A stretch of DNA of 45,638 nucleotides, from IMG/VR virus record IMGVR_UViG_3300017700_000356, positions 1 to 45,638 of that record. One strand, written 5' to 3'. Shown here in pieces: positions 42,936 to 45,638 of this stretch. A program made the translations under genes and the position numbers. Below the pieces are notes generated by a model. It saw only the letters and a program-made list of their open reading frames with translations, was not told the DNA's origin and ran no database searches. The stretch's first letter is position 1; every line of letters starts with the position of its first letter. This stretch comes from a virus. Its lineage: Duplodnaviria > Caudoviricetes.

Positions 42936-45638
42936 ATGAATTTTTTGGCTTCAATCAACATGGATTATTGGGCTTCGTTCAACAAGGTTGTCGCGGCTGC
43001 TGCCGCCGATGATGCCGCCAACTCGAAAGGGTTGGGGCTGTTTCAGGCGAGCGGCGAAGCTACGCTTTGGGGCAGGCCCATACCGATCACATGGGGCCGG
43101 CGCCGGATCACCGGGCAGTTGTTGCAGCTTGGCATTCAGAAGCAAAAGACAACTGTTACAACTATGCAAAACCATCCGTGGAGCATTGGTTACAACGGCG
43201 ACTTTTCAACAAACGACCCGTATACACGCATCGAAACGTTCTTCGTTTCGACATTCGCCTATTGTTTCGGTGCACCCGGCAACCCGGATGCTGTGCAAAT
43301 CCTGCGCAAGCTGTGGTTCAACGGCCGGTTGGTCTATGACATCGATCAAGGCTACCTTAGCGCCGAAGTGCGTTTCAAGTTCTATCAAGGTGACGAACTT
43401 CAGGTTGCAGACGCAGAGCTGAACCGCGACCGCTACACGCACCCGATTGCTTATCGCGGGCTGATGTATGTCGTGTTCTATGAATACGCTGTCGCGGCCA
43501 TGTCTGGCGCCGGCAACCCGTCTGTTGAAGCCGAGTTCGCTGAACAGGTCATCAACACACAGCCAACATACACCTTCGACAACTTCGGTGGTTCCGATGT
43601 TCCCGGTGTTGGTTTCGCGCCCGGTGGCACGGCATACGACGCCAAGAAAGGCATTCTCTACGTCATCGGTTCTGACGACAACATTTATAAGTATCGCGGG
43701 ATTGACCGCGTGTTGATCGACGTGTATCCGTGCGCTGTCGCGGATATGAACAACGGTGTGTTCTGTTTCCTGCGCGTCGCTGGCGTCGCATATATTGTGG
43801 GCATCAACTCCGGTGCCAATAGTCGCGCGCTGTATCTCGTCAACGCAGACACCGGCGCCCTTGTTTCGACTTGTGGCGTGAACGGCAGCGCACTCATTCC
43901 CGATGAAACACACTATCCCGGTATTTCGGCCGGAACATCTGTTGTGTTCGGTGATCTCGCCGGTGAAGTCGGTTACGTCACTTGTTCCGACACGTTCGGC
44001 AACTGTGCGTATACCTTCCAAGTCGTCAACGGTGAAATGGTCTATGCAGATCGGATAGACTTCGCGGGTTCTGATGCCGAATGGTCGATCACCGTTCGAC
44101 AGGGCAGTGCAATCAACGTCTATACCACCGGGCAAAACGGCGACGTTTACAAGAACGGCGTGCTGTTCTACACCGGCGAACATCAGGCCGGCTTGATCTT
44201 TGCTTCGCCGCTCGACAACACCATTGTTTTCATCGAGCGTGACACGGGTGTTTACAACGTCACAAAGCTGTCTGAAGCCGGCACGGTCATTTGGCAGCTC
44301 AACGAAGTGAACGCGCCGGGGCTCAACCCGCCGCCGTATAGCAACCATCTGTTGATGCAGTCCAATACAGGCGGGCAGCGTATTGCGTGGCATGACAGCA
44401 CGAATGTCATCACGCTCAATTTCCTTTCGGGATCGTATGAGATCACCGACATTGTCGGATCGTTCCCCACATCAACCAACATGATTTATGATGCTTATAC
44501 GCACAGCTTCATTCGCGCCACGGGTGGCAGCGGTGCAGTCGAGCAACGGCCGATCCTCGCGCAGACGACAGACAACATGCTGCTGTCAACGCTGCTGCGC
44601 AACCTTGCGGAGCGCAAAGGCTACGCTACGGGCAACATCACGATTGAAGGCATTCCCGACACAATCGTTGGTGCGGCAATCACCGAAGTTTCTGATCTCG
44701 ACACGATCCTAGAAGACATCAGGGCCGCTTACAATTTCGAGATCATCAAGCGCGGCGCGTTCATCAAGTTCACCCGTCGCGGCTACGGTTCCGACTTCGA
44801 AGTTGACATCAGCGTTACGGAAGATCAGCGCGCAATCGTGTCCGAAGACAATGACGAGTTTGTCACGGTCGAAAGCACGATCACTTCGTCAGGGCAGACA
44901 CCCGGCACGATCCGGTTGAAGTATATTGATCCCGACTACAACTATGCTGTTGCGGAGTTCACGCACAAGCGCAACGCCGATGACGCAGACCCGTCAGTTG
45001 AACAGAACGTTGCATTGCCGATCATCATGTATGGCAGCGAGGCCGCAGCTATCGCGACACGCATGCTGCTGAACAGCGCCATGAACGGCTTGACGCACGA
45101 GTTCCGGCTGCCGCAGCGCTATCTTGCCATCGAGCCCGGCGACACGGTTGACCTTGTGTTCGATGACTACACGGACACCGTCAGGGCTGTTGAGATCGCT
45201 TACAACGCCGATTGGTCAATGTCGATCAAGTCGGAAGCGATCCTAACCGACATCGGCCCGACCTACGACTTAGAGCCGCCTGTGCTGCCGGCTGAAAACC
45301 CGGCGCTGTTGCAGGGCGAAGGCACGCCCATCATCTTCGACACAACGTTGATCCGCGCGACCGACGAAGTTGATGGCGACGTGTTGGAACTCTATGTTAG
45401 CGCGCAACCCTCCGGGCGCCTGCCTGTTGTGGGCGTCAACACGTTGCACAAGGCAATCGGAACACAGCCGTTCAGCGTGTATGGCGTCATGCCTGAAGCC
45501 CTGACGTTCGGCACGGCGATTGATGTGCTGCCTGACGTGCCGCCATGGCAGATTGACTACCTTGCTACGCTGCGGCTTCGCTTGGTGCAAGGCGACGGCA
45601 CGGCCTTCGCAACAGACACCGTGCTGAACATGCTTGCA
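42936..45638 (+). CDS. Large GTA-like tail-tip/host-specificity protein (about 1116 aa across the junction to 771), not in the ORF track
   Basis: ATG 42936; WGRPIPITWGRRRITG, LRKLWFNG, FYQG, AYRGLMYVVF, IEPGD; in frame with position 1. Confidence 0.88.
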   Translation, partial: MNFLASINMDYWASFNKVVAAAAADDAANSKGLGLFQASGEATLWGRPIPITWGRRRITGQLLQLGIQKQKTTVTTMQNHPWSIGYNGDFSTNDPYTRIETFFVSTFAYCFGAPGNPDAVQILRKLWFNGRLVYDIDQGYLSAEVRFKFYQGDELQVADAELNRDRYTHPIAYRGLMYVVFYEYAVAAMSGAGNPSVEAEFAEQVINTQPTYTFDNFGGSDVPGVGFAPGGTAYDAKKGILYVIGSDDNIYKYRGIDRVLIDVYPCAVADMNNGVFCFLRVAGVAYIVGINSGANSRALYLVNADTGALVSTCGVNGSALIPDETHYPGISAGTSVVFGDLAGEVGYVTCSDTFGNCAYTFQVVNGEMVYADRIDFAGSDAEWSITVRQGSAINVYTTGQNGDVYKNGVLFYTGEHQAGLIFASPLDNTIVFIERDTGVYNVTKLSEAGTVIWQLNEVNAPGLNPPPYSNHLLMQSNTGGQRIAWHDSTNVITLNFLSGSYEITDIVGSFPTSTNMIYDAYTHSFIRATGGSGAVEQRPILAQTTDNMLLSTLLRNLAERKGYATGNITIEGIPDTIVGAAITEVSDLDTILEDIRAAYNFEIIKRGAFIKFTRRGYGSDFEVDISVTEDQRAIVSEDNDEFVTVESTITSSGQTPGTIRLKYIDPDYNYAVAEFTHKRNADDADPSVEQNVALPIIMYGSEAAAIATRMLLNSAMNGLTHEFRLPQRYLAIEPGDTVDLVFDDYTDTVRAVEIAYNADWSMSIKSEAILTDIGPTYDLEPPVLPAENPALLQGEGTPIIFDTTLIRATDEVDGDVLELYVSAQPSGRLPVVGVNTLHKAIGTQPFSVYGVMPEALTFGTAIDVLPDVPPWQIDYLATLRLRLVQGDGTAFATDTVLNMLA
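45516..45638. repeat. Terminal direct repeat, copy 2
   Basis: Identical to 1-123. Confidence 0.95.

Noticed and set aside
45516-45638. 123-bp repeat as a biological terminal repeat
   Set aside because: It falls in the middle of a tail gene, which is typical of assembler overlap on a circular or permuted contig
1-45638. tRNA genes, introns/inteins, reverse transcriptase or DGR
   Set aside because: No cloverleaf, intein motif, RT motif or template/variable repeat pair recognised by eye; tRNAscan-SE and a self-dotplot would confirm

Overview
The window is an apparently complete, circularly assembled 45,515-bp tailed phage genome; bases 1-123 are repeated at 45516-45638. It looks lytic (no integrase seen) and siphovirus-like. 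The head, packaging and replication modules resemble Pseudomonas phage 73/KL1-type siphoviruses, while the tail tip is gene-transfer-agent (GTA)-like, which points to an alphaproteobacterial host. Layout: tail-tip/fibre genes (42936 across the junction to 3359); a leftward replication operon (PolA, sliding clamp, SF2 helicase, Cas4-like nuclease, SSB, AAA ATPase, DHFR); a rightward primase-helicase, AT-rich candidate origin, resolvase and Spo11/TopoVI-A-like gene; a run of small early genes with sigma70-like promoters; MazG; lysis cassette; terminases, head and tail genes. The most notable signal is an unannotated ~190-nt multi-hairpin RNA at ~24733-24924. Two of its loops are complementary to the Shine-Dalgarno regions of two phage genes, the endolysin and the gene at 16605. 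Also notable: promoters whose -10 box sits at the centre of an inverted repeat, an apparent absence of GANTC sites, and an in-frame TGA in the SSB tail. All functional calls come from recognising motifs by eye; no searches were run.
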